This document shows positions 36,160 through 49,992 of a stretch of 64,000 nt of DNA, piece by piece; the first letter of the stretch is position 1; every line of letters begins with the position of its first letter. A model generated the notes under the pieces. The model was not told the origin of the DNA. It worked only from the letters and a program-made list of their open reading frames with translations, and made no database searches. The stretch lies in NCBI RefSeq assembly GCF_006345805.1, contig NC_042997.1:194494001-194558000 (forward strand), read 5' to 3'. The stretch comes from Octopus sinensis (taxonomy: Eukaryota). Position numbers and translations under genes: made by a program.

Positions 36160-36636
36160 TTCAATACAGCATCTCGAAAGAGTCCAGAAGCTGGCTACCC
36201 GCATGGTTCATGGTCTCAAAAATTTGTCCTATGAAGAAAGGCTGAGGACGCTCGACCTTTATTCTCTTGAAAAACGCCGCCGCCGTGGTGATCTCATTCT
36301 CGCCCACAACATCATAAGCGGAAAGTGTAACCTCTCGAAAGAGCTGTTCTTCACTCCTGCTCCAGAGCGTCGGCTGCGGGGTCATTCCGAAAAGCTCTAC
36401 CTGCGACGATTTCATCTCAATCGAAGGAGAGGAGCTTTCTCCGTCCGGTTTGCGGATCCGTGGAACAAGCTGCCAGACGAGATGGTGAAGATGCCGACGA
36501 CCGCTTTGTTCAAAGCCTCCCTGGACCTCAAGTGGCCTGAACTCTTTACATGAACACCACCCTGTACTTAACTCCATGTCCCCCTACATGGCCTTGCTAT
36601 TTGCTTTTGAGCCAAATTAACTAACTAACTAACTAT
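36160..36636 (+). mobile_element. 5'-truncated CR1-group LINE (ORF2 C-terminus, 3' UTR, (AACT)n tail)
   Basis: LERVQKLATRMVHGLKNLSYEERLRTLDLYSLEKRRRRGDLI...RLRGHSEKL...FSVR..DPWNKLP..FKASLD is the typical post-RT C-terminus of CR1-like ORF2. Ends in AACT repeats. Confidence 0.92.
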
Positions 36637-36994
36637 ATCTGACTGAGAAATCAATTGACTCTAACAATCATACCAGTTTGTCTGATTGATAAATACACAT
36701 TATTTTCTTTGTGCCTACGTATTGATTCATATATATATATATATATGCATTTCTGAACCTGTTTAGTAACAAATGACCAACATTTGTATATGTGTGGATG
36801 AACGAAATTATTTGTGTCTTTTATTAAATATGTTCAAACCTCACCTACTTACATTTTTATACAAGCTCCAATGTTTTCACTTTTACAACTACTACTTTGC
36901 TTTTTGACTAACAAACAGGAAATTGTTTGTGTTGTATACATTTGTGCTTTCTTTATTTCTTAAGAACTGAACATGTTGGCGTGTATAACATGTT

Positions 36995-37262
36995 TATATA
37001 TATAGATGAATGAATGTGTGTGTGTATATATATAGATGAATGAAAGTGCATATATATGTGTATATATATATATATATAGATGAATGAAAGTGCATATATA
37101 TGTGTATATATATATATATAGATGAATGAAAGTGCATGCATATGTGTATATATATATATAGATGAATGAAAGTGCATGTATATGTATATATATATATAGA
37201 TGAATGAAAGTGCATGTATATGTATATATATATATATAGATGAATGAATGAAAGTGTATGTA
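36995..37262. repeat. ~40-bp minisatellite, TAGATGAATGAAAGTGCAT(RT)n(AT)n
   Basis: Six units visible. Confidence 0.9.
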
Positions 37263-37603
37263 TATGTGCATATATACATGTATACACACATATATTCATT
37301 CATAAGCTGTTTGTAGTAATTGCACGAGTTTAACCTCTCTCTCTTCTTGCAAATTAACATTTAACCTTACACATAAGGATGCAATACTTCTAATTCTAAA
37401 GTCGACCTCGTTCTGAGATCAAATTCCGCCGAGGTCGACTTTGCCTTTCATTCTTTCGGGGTCGATGAATTAAGTAGCAGTTGTGTACGGGGGTCGATAT
37501 AATCGACTGACCTCCATCCCCCAAAATTTCGGGCCTTTTGCCTAGAGTAGAAAAGAAAAGAATACTTCTAATTCATTCCCTCTCCAATTTTTTGTCTCTC
37601 TAT

Positions 37604-38100
37604 CACACACACATATACGTACAACAGTAGTATATACACACACTTATACGTACGTCAATAGTACACGTACACACATGTACGTACATCAATAGTATACACA
37701 CACGTATACGTACAACAGTAGTACACACATACACACGTATACGTACAACAGTAGTACACACATACACACGTATACGTACATCAATAGTACACACATATAC
37801 GTACGTCTATAGTATACATACACACACGTATACATACAACAATAGTATACACACACACGTATACGTACAACAATAGTATACACACACACACGTATATGTA
37901 CGACAGTAGTATACACACACACGTATACGTACGACAGTAGTATATACACACACACACACACGTATACGTACGACAGTAGTATACACACACTTATACGTAC
38001 GTCAATAGTATACACATACACACATCCGTACATCAATAGTACGTACTTACACACACATACACACAACGTACGTACACACACATACACACAACGTACGTAC
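37604..38100. repeat. ~30-bp minisatellite, (CA)nCGTATACGTACAACAGTAGTATA
   Basis: Degenerate tandem units read directly. Confidence 0.9.
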
Positions 38101-38559
38101 GCCCAATGGTACACGCTCGCAATATCAACAACGACAGTAACCACATCCTGTTTTAAGATTATTTTCTCTTGAAGGATTTCCAAACTTAAGACATGGCTTT
38201 TAACTTCAGATTAGGGTCAGCTGGATGTTAGTAGAGCGGCGGAAAGACAACAGGTATTTATTTGTCTTGTGTCAGGTTACTCTGGTACATTGGCTCCTGT
38301 CGTTAGGGCGATGTTTATCAAATTGACACCTCTTGTATTTACTTTGCTAGAAATAGCAACCTAATCTCCTTCAAACCCATTCCCATTATCTTAAACTAAG
38401 GACGATATTAATGATAGTCGATGTAAATGTTGATCAATTGGTTGATTTTCTCCATTGATGCTTTACATGGTAAAAAATATGGGAAGCGTAAGAGAGATAT
38501 TTAGTTAACGTAAGAGGTGCCACATGAATGCACACACTAGCCCTCCTGTGTGGCCCTTC

Positions 38560-39062
38560 TGTCCGGCATTCGCCATTATAGATCGGTAGCCACTACACAC
38601 ATTTTCTTCTCTCTCCTTGTTTCTTTCTGTAGAAGAGCGTAGGCTCGAAACGTAAAAGACTTTTTCAATCCCCGAGCGTTTAATACATCTGTTTGTTTTC
38701 TACACCACATGTCTTCGTCTTTTTTCTTTTGTGAATTCTCTCCCTGTATGTCTTCCTTTCTCCTATGTTTCCGACGAAGAGCTCCGCTCGAAACGTTAAA
38801 CCCTCCTTCTTTCCTGAGCGTCCAATAATACTATATTTGTTCCACGTCCTCGTGTTGTTGTGTTTTTTGTGCTTTCTTGTTTGGATTAACTAATATATAT
38901 ATATAGTTCAGATTTGTACAAAAAAACAGTTGAGGGAATAAACAAGGTACCTGTATTCATTTGACGCTTCGGAAAAATGGAAGTGTCTTTGACGTTTCGG
39001 GCCTAAGCTTTTCTACAGAAAGACATGAGAGAAAAAACGTGTCTGGATTCACGGTTGCTCGT
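38560..39062. mobile_element. Penelope-like pLTR remnants with three minimal hammerhead-like motifs
   Basis: Motifs at 38622-38659 (+), 38767-38801 (+) and 38984-39025 (-). Each has helix I, a CYGWNGA core, a short helix II, GAAACGTH and the complementary helix I strand. Confidence 0.6.
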
Positions 39063-40586
39063 GTGTGATATATATATATCCTCTATATATCACGACCAGT
39101 AAAACACTAAGTATAGCAGTGACGAAACCACTGTACTAGAAGCAGATTGTCAATAATGGAACATTATAATTTTGGTTGGAATGTATTTGATCAAAGGTTT
39201 CCTCTGTTAAAGTTGATTTGGGTTAAACTACCATTCCCCAACCGGTTTTTTCCCCCACGTACCTGGTGGTGGTTGCGCGCATAACAAAGCACAATAAAGT
39301 GCATAATATATAATTGAATTATTACATATGTAATTATATCAGCATTATGTACATATACGAGTGGGTGCTGGCTTTGGGTAAAAGAAAATACAGGGGAACA
39401 AGTTAATTATAATTTGGATCTTTTCACTTTGACCGGCAGATTTTAAAAAATAATTTTTTGTAATTAATCACTTTTAAACTTCGTATACTGGTAGAATGTG
39501 TCACATAAAACATTTTTTACTCTTGGCGTTCTTGAGAAAATTCTGTAGTTTGTAAGCTATTTGTTGTTAAATTTCTCGTATTTCGGCAATTTCAACAAAT
39601 CAATGACGTCTATTGAGGTGAATACAATTACTGCTGTTGTTTGGCTACATGTTTTACTTTCATATTTAATTGCTTGAAAACGTGATCAAATTATCATAGG
39701 ACTGGCGGGGAAATTATCTTTATGAAAGAAATTTCATTTGAAGTATTTTCGCTTTATAATTTTAATGCAAATATCCAATATTAAATTCATTTAAGTTTTA
39801 CAATAATTACAGCGAACAACATCGCCGGACATTTGCAACTAGCCATTTAAAATAAGTTTTTCTTTTACGTCGAATTTTTCTCGAAATCCAAAGATAATCC
39901 AATAAACCAGCCTCAACACTACGATATACACACACAATTATTTGTCGATTTTGTTAAGTTATGAAATAACTGAATATTTTTGATAACATTCTATGACCAA
40001 GCAGGGTGGGGTGGTAGAAAACTTTTATTTCTATAATTACTCCTTTACTTGTTTCAGTCATTTGACTGCGGCCATGCTGGAGCACCGCCTTTAGTCGAGC
40101 AAATCGACCCCAGGACTTATTCTTTGTAAGCCTAGTACTTATTCCATCGGTCGCTTTTGCCGAACCTCTAAGTTACGGGGACGTAAACACACCAGCTATG
40201 TTGGGAGAACAAACACAGACACGCAAACACACAGACACACACACACATATATATATATATATTAATAAATGAAATAAAATATATGCATATATATAAACAT
40301 ATATGTACGTACCTACCTCTACATGTACATATACACGCATATATGAGTACAGGACACCAAAGGGACGTCGAACAGAAAGAGAAACGAAAACATAGACACA
40401 AACCAAAGGAACAGGACATTTTTTTTAAAAACAACAAAAAATGGAGTACAGGACAATTAACACAACGAAAAAAACCCTTCTTCAGTCGCTAAGGTTTCAT
40501 CTACGTTTCGAAGGATAAAAGCGAGACGTATCTTCGACAAGAAACTTTCCTTCCTGCGAAAAGCAAACCAATTAAAATTATATATA

Positions 40587-40629
<43 letters not shown>

Positions 40630-41428
40630 ATAATGTGTGTGTGTGGAGGCCCAGTGGTTAGGGCAGCGGACTCGCGGTCGCAGGATCGCGGTTTCGATCC
40701 CAGACCGGGCGTTGTGAGTGTTTATTGCTGTACTCTTTCACACCACTCTTTCTTCTGTTGGCCTGCTCGCTTAGCCAGCGGGGTGGCGTCGTTCGATGTG
40801 TGTAACAACATCTGATAACGTGATATATATATACAACGGGCTTCTTTCAGTTTCCGTCTACCAAATTCACTCACAGGAACCATGTGGTTAAGCAAGCTGC
40901 TTACCACACAGCCACACCTGCACCTAATCCATAACTAAATTTAAACATTTTTTCGTTGTAATTTTAAATTTTAAATATTAATTTCGTTAAAAGGTACAAT
41001 CCCCCCCCCCTCATAACTCAAGTTTTCCACCATGTAATGAAAGTGCAAAAAACATTTTATTTTAGTAGTTTTAAAGAAAATATTACGCTATTTCAACCTG
41101 TACAGTTGAACATTGGTTTCTATGTACCTCGAGTACGTACAGTGTGTTGAGTTTCGTTTTATTATTGCCCTAGTGCGTCAGTTTCGTTTTATATTGCCTT
41201 GGTGTATTTTAATAGATCTATGGTTGAGAGATTGAGCGTTAAACGACAGGTGTGACCCAATGATTCATGCTTGCAGAATGCACACGCCTTCGCCCGACAA
41301 CTACGTCTTATTTGACATGCAACTGTGGCTAATTGTATGTGGTGCAGTGTTTGCAGTCCAGGCACATTGTATTGTCTTCATTCTTCACTCTTTCGGTAAA
41401 CACCTCGTTTCGATGCAGATCGTCCCAG

Positions 41429-42076
41429 AGCGGTTCCGGTGTGCGTACTCGCGCATCCGCGCTAGCTAGTCGTGACTAGTCGATTCTACAACGACTACCT
41501 AGCAAAGTAGATAAAACACAAAATAAATAATTTTTTTATACAAAGTAAATAATTTTTTTTAAAACAAAGTAAATAAAACACAAAGTAAATAATTTTTTAG
41601 GCGTAGGAGTGGCTGTGTGGTAAGTAGCTTGTTAACCAACCACATGGTTCCGGGTTCAGTCCCACTGCCGTGACACCTTGGGCAAGTGTCTTCTACTATA
41701 GCCTCGGGCCGACCAAAGCCTTGTGAGTGGATTTGGTAGACGGAAACTGGAAGAAGCCCGTCGTATATATGTGTGTATATGTTTGTGTGTCTGTGTTTGT
41801 CCCCCCACCATTGCTAGACAACCGATGCTGGTGTGTTTACGTCCCCGTAACTTAGCGGTTCAGCAAAAGACACCGATAGAATAAGTACTAGGCTTACAAA
41901 GAATAAGTCTTGGGGTCGATTTACTCGACTAGAAGGCGGTGCTCCAGCATGGCCGCAGTCAAATGACAGAAACAAATAAAAGAGTAAAGTAAATAAAATA
42001 CAAAAACACAAAATAAGGATCGACTAGTCACGACTAGCTAGCGCGGATGCGCCAGTACGCGAACCGGGACCACTCT
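41429..42076. mobile_element. MITE with ~58-bp TIRs containing a SINE A (41600-41985)
   Basis: GAGCGGTTCCGG..GCGCATCCGCGCTAGCTAGTCGTGACTAGTCGAT and its reverse complement at 42019-42076. Confidence 0.8.
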
Positions 42077-42454
42077 TCTTAAGTAGTACCGGTTTATTTG
42101 TTATCAAAGACGTTCCAGTTAAAACTTTTCTTGTCTTTTTAACAATGAAGAGAGTACTCCGTGTCTGGAATGCAAATACTGCACGTCATGCAATTAACCA
42201 TTGCATTCAGTTAAAATATCTGAAAGAAAAAAAAACAAGTCTAGTTGGCTTCGCGTGTCGTTGATCTCTCAATACACTGGAACAACACAAAACCAAAACA
42301 CTATATGTATGTGTGGTACATACACGCTTATGCTCGGCTGAATTAAGCCGTGTAACGAAGTAACACAATACATATAGGAGGAAAAAAGCAAACATTGAAA
42401 AAATATTTAATAAACCTTTTCTACCATGTGAGTTTTACATTGAACGAAAACCTG

Positions 42455-42680
42455 ATAAGCTGGCAGAATCGTTAGCACGCCGGGCGAAAACCGTAGGCGT
42501 ATTTCGTCTGCCTTTACGTTCTGAGTTCAAATTCCGCCGAGGTCGACTTTGCCTTTCATCCTTTCGGGGTCGATAAATTAAGTACCAGTTACGCACTGGG
42601 TCGATATAATCGACTTAATCCGTTTGTCTGTCGTTGTTTGTCCTCTCTCTGTTTAGCCCCTTGTGGGTAGTAAAGAAATA
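42455..42680 (+). mobile_element. SINE family B monomer
   Basis: Matches the family consensus. Confidence 0.85.
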
Positions 42681-43387
42681 CATATATATTCTTACAACAA
42701 ATTTTAACAATGCTATTTTAAATTAAAGAGAGAGCTAATTTGAGGCGCAAAATCACAATTATCAGTTAAAGTCAGTTATTTCACATTTATGAAAATAAAA
42801 GAAAAGATTGTTTTCCTACTCCATGATAGAGTAACGTTGTTTAAGTTTTCGAAAATGTTCAGTTAGTGTATAATTTGCATAACAATCAAATTAATATTGA
42901 TCTGTAGATCACACCTGTCGTTTAACGGTCTACTTTCGCGCCAAACTATGTATCGATAAATACACTAGAACAATACAAAACTATAAACCAAAGACTGTAC
43001 ACCTCCGATATACAATAGAGAGAGCTTTATGCAACGAAATAATGTAAGAAAAAAGAAAACACTTTTCATAAGCTTTTTCCGTAATTAATTTTCATTATAT
43101 TTTCAGGCAATCTTTCGTTGACAAGTTTACTGCTTCTAATGAAAGAATGCCTATTTTCAGAAGTTGAAAATCTAATAATAACATTTTTATAGCAGATTTT
43201 AATAAAACTAATGCTAGACAAAAAAAATACTGCCAACTTGAAATGAGATAAATTTGGTATTTTTCTAATATGAAGCAATTGTCCTTTTAAGTTAGTTTAC
43301 CGTATTTGGTAGGACATAAATAAGGACACACTGTTTACAAAACAATATCTCGAAAAATCGCCCTGGGACCTATAAGCAAAGTTGTCA

Positions 43388-43797
43388 GATCTTTTCGGTT
43401 TGAACAGCAGTTTTTTCTAGCGGTGTCATGTGAAATTGTCACCCATGATTATGACCCTAGTATCGATCTATTGCATTTCAATCTGTTTTAGGGTTAGGGG
43501 TGAGGGGAAGGGCATCTTTTTTTTCTTCAGAAATGTAAATAAACCCAATCTGTTTCTTAAACGAGGGACATATTCATATGGCACAGAATGTTTTCACCTC
43601 AATAGACGTCATTGATTGGTTGAAATTGCAGAAATTGAAGAAAAAACAACAACAAATATCTTACAAACCATAGAATTTTTTCAATAAAGCCAAGAGAAAA
43701 AGATGTTTTATAAACACATTCTACCAGTATACGAAGTTTAAAAGTGTTTAGTTACGTGGAAATTATGTTAAAAACTGCCGTTCAAACCGAAAAGATC
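43388..43797. mobile_element. MITE with GATCTTTTCGGTTTGAAC TIRs, flanked by a ~295-bp direct duplication
   Basis: TIRs at both ends. Partial copies at 7850-8179 and 39416-39625. 43093-43386 is repeated at 43798-44087. Confidence 0.85.
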
Positions 43798-44884
43798 CAT
43801 TATATTTTCAGGCAATCTTTCGTTGACAAGTTTACTGCTTCTAATGAAAGAATGCCTATTTTCAGAAGTTGAAAATCTAATAATAACATTTTTATAGCAG
43901 ATTTTAATAAAACTAATGCTAGACAAAAAAATATTGCCAACTTGAAATGAGATAAATTTCCGTATTTTTCTAATATGAAGCAATTGTCCTTTTAAGTTTG
44001 TTTACCGTATTTGGTAGGACATAAGGACGCTCTGTTTACAAAACAATATTTCGAAAAATCACTCTGGGACCTATATGCGAAGTTGTCCCTTCCATAAGAT
44101 TTAATGCACCGAAATCTTTTCCTTTTGACTATGCACTGCTGAAATAGGGAAGCGCCTGTGCATATTTTGTCATCATTTCACAATTACGGAAATAAAAATT
44201 TGATTCCCGCAACGAGTAATAATGACGTTTTAAATTTTTGAAAACATTCAGATGTTTAATGTTTTGTTATATAAAACATAAACAGAAGTGCAGTTTATTG
44301 GATTATCTTTGAGTTACGGTTCAGTTCAGTCCGTTATCACTGACAATTTGTGTATGAGACGCATGTCTGCCAAGCTTGTGTCAAAAGCAAACTTCTTAAC
44401 TGCTCATCATCATCATCATCATCATCATCGTTTAACGTCCGCTTTCCATGCTAGCATGGGTTGGACGGTTCAACTGGGGTCTGGGAAGCCCGAAGGCTGC
44501 ACCAGACCCAGCTCAAAATTCGTTTACTCCATAAATGAACAGCAAAAGATATGTGAGGTGTGAAAGATGAAACAAGAGGAGATTAAGTCCAACCAAGTAA
44601 GCTATGGTAGGATTTGAACAAGGCGTAGGTGTGGTGATGTAGTTACAGGTTCAGTCCCACTGCATAGTACCTTCATGAATATTCTATGAAATTGTCTCAA
44701 AAGAAAAAGGGTCTTAATTTTGTAGTCACTTTTTAATGCTAGCCATGAACATAATATAAAATGGTTGGTTATGTTAGCTATATTTGCAAAACAAAAAAAA
44801 TTTTGATTTTAAGGTTTTCACAATATCATGAAAACAATCACACATTTATCTAATTTCACCAAACTAAGTTATGTAAAAATAACT

Positions 44885-44960
44885 TCGGTACTAGTATCGT
44901 AGATTGGTCCCGGTTTACGCACACGCGCAAGCGACTTCGGTACTTCCGTGTTTTACTAAA
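44885..44960 (+). promoter_or_regulatory. Candidate core promoter for the CCDC85-like gene
   Basis: Short CpG-rich patch with ATTGG (reverse CCAAT), CGCACACGCGCA and an ETS-like ACTTCCG. It sits where CpG decay of repeats begins. Motif-level evidence only. Confidence 0.3.
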
Positions 44961-45432
44961 ATATGTTACTACTACCCCAAGCATTTTCACAGCATTCATT
45001 TTACTATCTTTATTATATTTTTCATTTACCTAAGCGATCACTATTTCATTTTCCCACAATAACAGCTCTTAAACCTAACAAGGCTTTCTATGAGCCTAGC
45101 AATTTCGTTGAATTTAGGCTTAACATATTGAAACTAATCCTGCTTTGATAGGACAGGCACTAATAAGTTTTCTGATTTCATATGTGTTATAATTGAATCA
45201 CAGACTTCATCTTTATTAATCACACTTGCAAAATTTGCAGTGAGCCAAACTAGTATTTCTTTCAGCAGCAACTAAACCAGTTATAGTAAATTATTTTAAA
45301 CAAGAACCATGTGGTTGGGAAGCAAACTTCTTAACCGCTCACCTTCTCAAAATTCGTTTACTCCATAAATGAACAACAAAAGATATGTGAGGTGTGGAAG
45401 ATGAAACAAGAGGAGATTAAGTCCAACCAAGT

Positions 45433-45790
45433 AGGTGAGCTGGCAGAAACGTTAGCATCTGTCATTACGTTGTGAGTTCAAATTCCGCCGATGTCGACTT
45501 TGCCTTTCATCCTTTCGGGGTCGATTAAATAAGTACCAGTTACGCACTGGGGTCGATATAATTGACTTAATCTGTTTGTCCCATCTGTGTTTAGCCCCTT
45601 GTGGGTAGTAAAGAAATAGGTATTTCGTCTGCCCCTACATTCTGAGTTCAAATTCCGCCAGGGTCGACTTTGCCTTTCATCCTTTCGGGGTCAATAAATT
45701 AAGTACCAGTTACGCACTGGGGTCGATGTAATCGACTTAATCCGTTTGTCTGTCCCCTCTGTTTAGCCCCTTGTGGGCAATAAAGAAATA
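45433..45790 (+). mobile_element. SINE family B dimer (headed plus headless unit)
   Basis: Junction AAAGAAATA|GGTATTTCGTCTG at ~45619. Confidence 0.85.
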
Positions 45791-46009
45791 AGTTGGCTAT
45801 GGCAGGATTTGAACCCAGAATGCAAAGGATTAGAACAAGGCGTATGTGTGATGCTGTTCCAGGTTCAGGTATAGGTGTGGTGATGTGGTTACAGGTTCAG
45901 TCCCACTGCATGGTACCTTGGGTGTTTCTCGCTATAGCCCTAAGCTGACCAAAGCATTGTGAGTGGATTTGGTTGACTAAAACTGTAAGAAGCCTCGTCT
46001 ATGTATGTA

Positions 46010-46874
46010 CATGGTCTGATCAAGAAGTATCTGGAATGTTGCCATAGTAATGACGCTAAAGCATGCAGAGTGAAGTTGCTTGGCAAAGTTTGACATATTG
46101 TGCATGCACAGCAGAGTTCAAAGTTTTAACGTTTTAGCTCACTTCTGCTGTTTACAGCAGTGCTTGGAAGGAAGGTGTGTAGTGTGTGATAATTGCATTG
46201 ACCATGACAGAGAAAGTTATGACAATACCTGCTCAGAGGCCTACGCAAAGTTGCAGAAAGTGTATGGAGAGGAGTATATGAGCCACAGACAAGTGTACGA
46301 GTGGTTCAGACTTTTCTAAGATGGCTGAAAAATGTCGATATTGACAAACGTTCTGGGAGACCTGCAACCAGCAGAACTGAGAAAAACATCGCAGATGTGC
46401 ATGCAGCTGTGAGAGAAAATCGTCGAATTACCATCCATGAGTTATCAGAGATTTGTGCAGATTAGTTACAGTTCAGTTTAGTCCATTATCACTGAAGATT
46501 TGGGTATAAGATGCATGTCTGCCAAAACTTTTCAGCTGACCAAAAAGACACTCAAACTTCAGTTGCACAAAATCTTGATTGTGTCGAGAATGATGAAAAC
46601 TTTGCTTAGGCCTCTGAGCAGGTATTGCCAAGCTTTTGGCAAAATTTGATGCAGATTCTCTGCTCAACTTCCTCTGTCTTGGTCAATGCAACAATCACAC
46701 GCTACACACCTTCCTTCCAAGCACTGCTGTAAACAGCAGAAGTGAGCTACAACATTGAAATTTACTGCACATGCACAGCAGAGTTCAAGGTCAATCTGTG
46801 CTAAGCGGCATCACTTTGCGTGCTTTAGCTTCGTTACTATGACAACGGTCCGGATACTTATTGATCAGACCATA
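46010..46874 (+). mobile_element. Internally deleted mariner element with long TIRs, inside a SINE A
   Basis: TA-flanked ATGGTCTGATCAA / TTGATCAGACCAT with ~180-bp inverted arms. Encodes EAYAKLQKVYGEEYMSHRQVYEWF...KRSGRPATSRTEKNIADVHAAVRENRRITIHELS (mariner HTH). Related fragment at 44312-44385. Confidence 0.88.
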
Positions 46875-47462
46875 TATGTGTTTATCCCTCACCCCCACTT
46901 GACCACCAATGTTGCTTTATGTCTCCATAACTTAATGGTTCATCAAAAGAGACCAATATAATCAGTACCAGGTTTTAAAAAGAAAATAAGTCCTGGGGTT
47001 GATCCATTCAACCAAAGCAATGCCCCAGCATGGCTGCAGTCAAATGACTGAAAAAATATAAAAACAAGTAAATACTGCTAGGCATTCAGTTTGGTGTTCT
47101 TCCAAGCAATCTACCACCCTGTCATGGTTCCTTTTTAAACTGTGCCTTTAGAATGAAAGGTACACTTGACCCTACTGGAAATTAGCTAAATTGGCAACCC
47201 CGAGGCTACAATTACTTGAAGCAGGAATTTAACTTAAAAATGCTCAAGTCAATCAATGTTCATATACTTAGTATTGTGAATCAAGAATTTTTAATTAAAA
47301 GTACACCAATGGAAAGAAGAAATAAGTCATTAGCCTGTATTGTCTTCCCTGTTCTTTTCACTAGAATTAAGCTAATGATTTTTCCTCTCTCTTTTAATGA
47401 AAGTATGTTGACACTTCTACTTAATCTGTCATTTTCTGATTTTACAAGACTAATAATTCCTT

Positions 47463-47830
47463 TATTACCTCCACCTTAGCAGAGGCAGAGGTATTGTTTT
47501 CAGTCATGTTTGTTTGTTTGACTGTGGACAAGATATCTCAAGAACTGCTGGATGGATTCAGATGAAACTTTCAGGGATGTTTGGCCTCATGACTGGCACA
47601 AACTGATTAGATTTTGGGATCGATCTGGTACTGGACAAGGATTCTGGATTATTTTTCCTGTTTTTTTTTTCACTTAATTTTTGACAGCGGTCGGGTTAAT
47701 TTTTAGCATTCTTGTTTGTGAGAGCAGTCGAGTTAATTTCAGATATTCTCATTATAAAAATCATCTCTGGCTAATCGTTGAGGATGTTGGTGTATCCTTG
47801 GCGGAGGTTTGTGCTCTCTGAGTGCTCATT
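47463..47830 (+). mobile_element. HINE / DINE-1-like non-autonomous Helentron
   Basis: Subterminal IR TACCTCCACC with an adjacent GGCAGAGGTA, a (TTTG)n microsatellite, a 3' GGCGGAGGT and a short GTGCTCTCTGAGTGC hairpin-like end. T-rich flanks. Confidence 0.75.
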
Positions 47831-47959
47831 TATCTTTGTTGTTATTTGTCAAACATTTCTCCTGTGTTCCCTAAATGTGAGCCGCATTGACCCCTAAACC
47901 ATCATGTTAATTATGTGAATTTATTATAGAACTATGTGAATTTATTATAGAACTATGAA

Positions 47960-48490
47960 AGCACATGACTCAATGGCGAGCTGGCAGAATCGTTAGCACG
48001 CCGGGCGAAATGCTTAGCAGCATTTCATCTGCCTTTATGTTCTGAGTTCAAATTCCACCGAGGTCGACTTTACCTTTCATCCTTTCGGGGTCGATTAAAT
48101 AAGTACCAGTTACACACTAGGGTTGTTGTAATCGACTTAATCCATTTGTCTGTCCTTGTTTGTCCCCTCTGTGTTTAGCCCCCTGTAGGTAAAGAAATAG
48201 GTTAAGTGTCGGGCTCACAATCATGAGGTGGCAAGTTTGATTCCCAGACTGGGCTGTGTCATGTTCTCGAGCAAGACACTTTATTTCACGTTGCTCCAGT
48301 TCACTCAGTTATAGAAATGAGTTGCGACATCACTGATACCAAGCTGTGTTGGTCTTTGCCTTTCCCTCGGATAACATCAGTGGCATGAAAGGGGATGCTG
48401 GTCATCCATAAACAGCCTTGCCTGGACTTGTGCCTCAGAGGGGAACTTTCAAGGTGCATCCAGTAGTCATTCATGACCAAAGGGGTCTTC
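47960..48490 (+). mobile_element. SINE C-type copy with SINE B inserted in its tRNA head
   Basis: SINE B at ~47975-48199. The host resumes GGTTAAGTGTCGGGCTCACAATCATGAGG, homologous to 30166 onward. Confidence 0.75.
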
Positions 48491-49591
48491 TTCATTCATT
48501 ATAGAATTAGCTTTGACTGGGACATAAACCTCATGGTTTATTTAACCAGTAGTAATAGTTTACTTCTGTAAGGTTTTATAAAGTAGAATGAAAAGCTTTA
48601 TTTTAAGGGTATTTAGGTGGTTAATTCAGAGAATTCTATAAGAAAGAAAATGTTTTATATTTTGGAACAAAAGAATATAAATTTGAGAAAAGTTAAGTGA
48701 AAGGAAAGTTGTGGGGGTAAAAATAAAAAGTAGGAATGGTCAATTGAATTAAGGAATCACCTAAAGCAGTTTTGCTGTTGACATTTTTGAGATGATACTG
48801 AAGGATATTAAAGTGAAATTAATTTGGGTCTTTATTACTATTAGCATTAAATTATCCAATCAATAAATGTTCTGCTGTTATCCTTACAATCTCTTTTACT
48901 TGTTTGTCATTTTGACTGTGGCCATGCTGGAGCACCGCCTTTAGTCAAGCAAATCGATCCCAGGACTTATTCTCTGTAAGCCTAGTACTTATTCTATCGG
49001 CCTCTTTTGCCGAACTGCTAAATTACGGGGACATAAACACACCACCATTGGTTGTCAAGCGATGTTGGGACACACACACACGGCAGGCTTCTTTCAGTTT
49101 CTGTTTACCAAATTCACTCACAAGGCTTTGGTCGGTCCGAGGCTATAGTAGAAGACACTTGCTCAAGGTGCCATGCAGTGGGACTGAACCCGGAACCATG
49201 TGGTTGGTAAGCAAGCTACTTACCACACAGCCACTCCTGCACCTATCCTTTATAATTTTGGTACAAGGCCAGCAATTTTAAGGAGAGAAGTTTTTCACAT
49301 TGACTCCAGTGCTTAACTATTACTTTATTTTATTAATCCTAAAAGATAAAAAGGCAAATTTAACTTCAGAATATAAAAACAGAAGTCATTTGGACTGACA
49401 TTTAAATAATTCTACCAACTTGCTGCCTTTTTAAAATTCTTTTAAATGACAACATAAAAATTAACAATTAAATCTTTGATTAATTCTTGTTTTCATCTGT
49501 TTCTAATATCTCTTTATTTAGGAATATATATATATATGGCTATGTCTAGCTGTTCCATACTGACCAATGAAATGAATTTGACCCACCAACG

Positions 49592-49992
<401 letters not shown>

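Noticed and set aside
36953-38183. Several ORFs over 100 aa rich in Y/I/H/V/C
   Set aside because: They are minisatellite translations.
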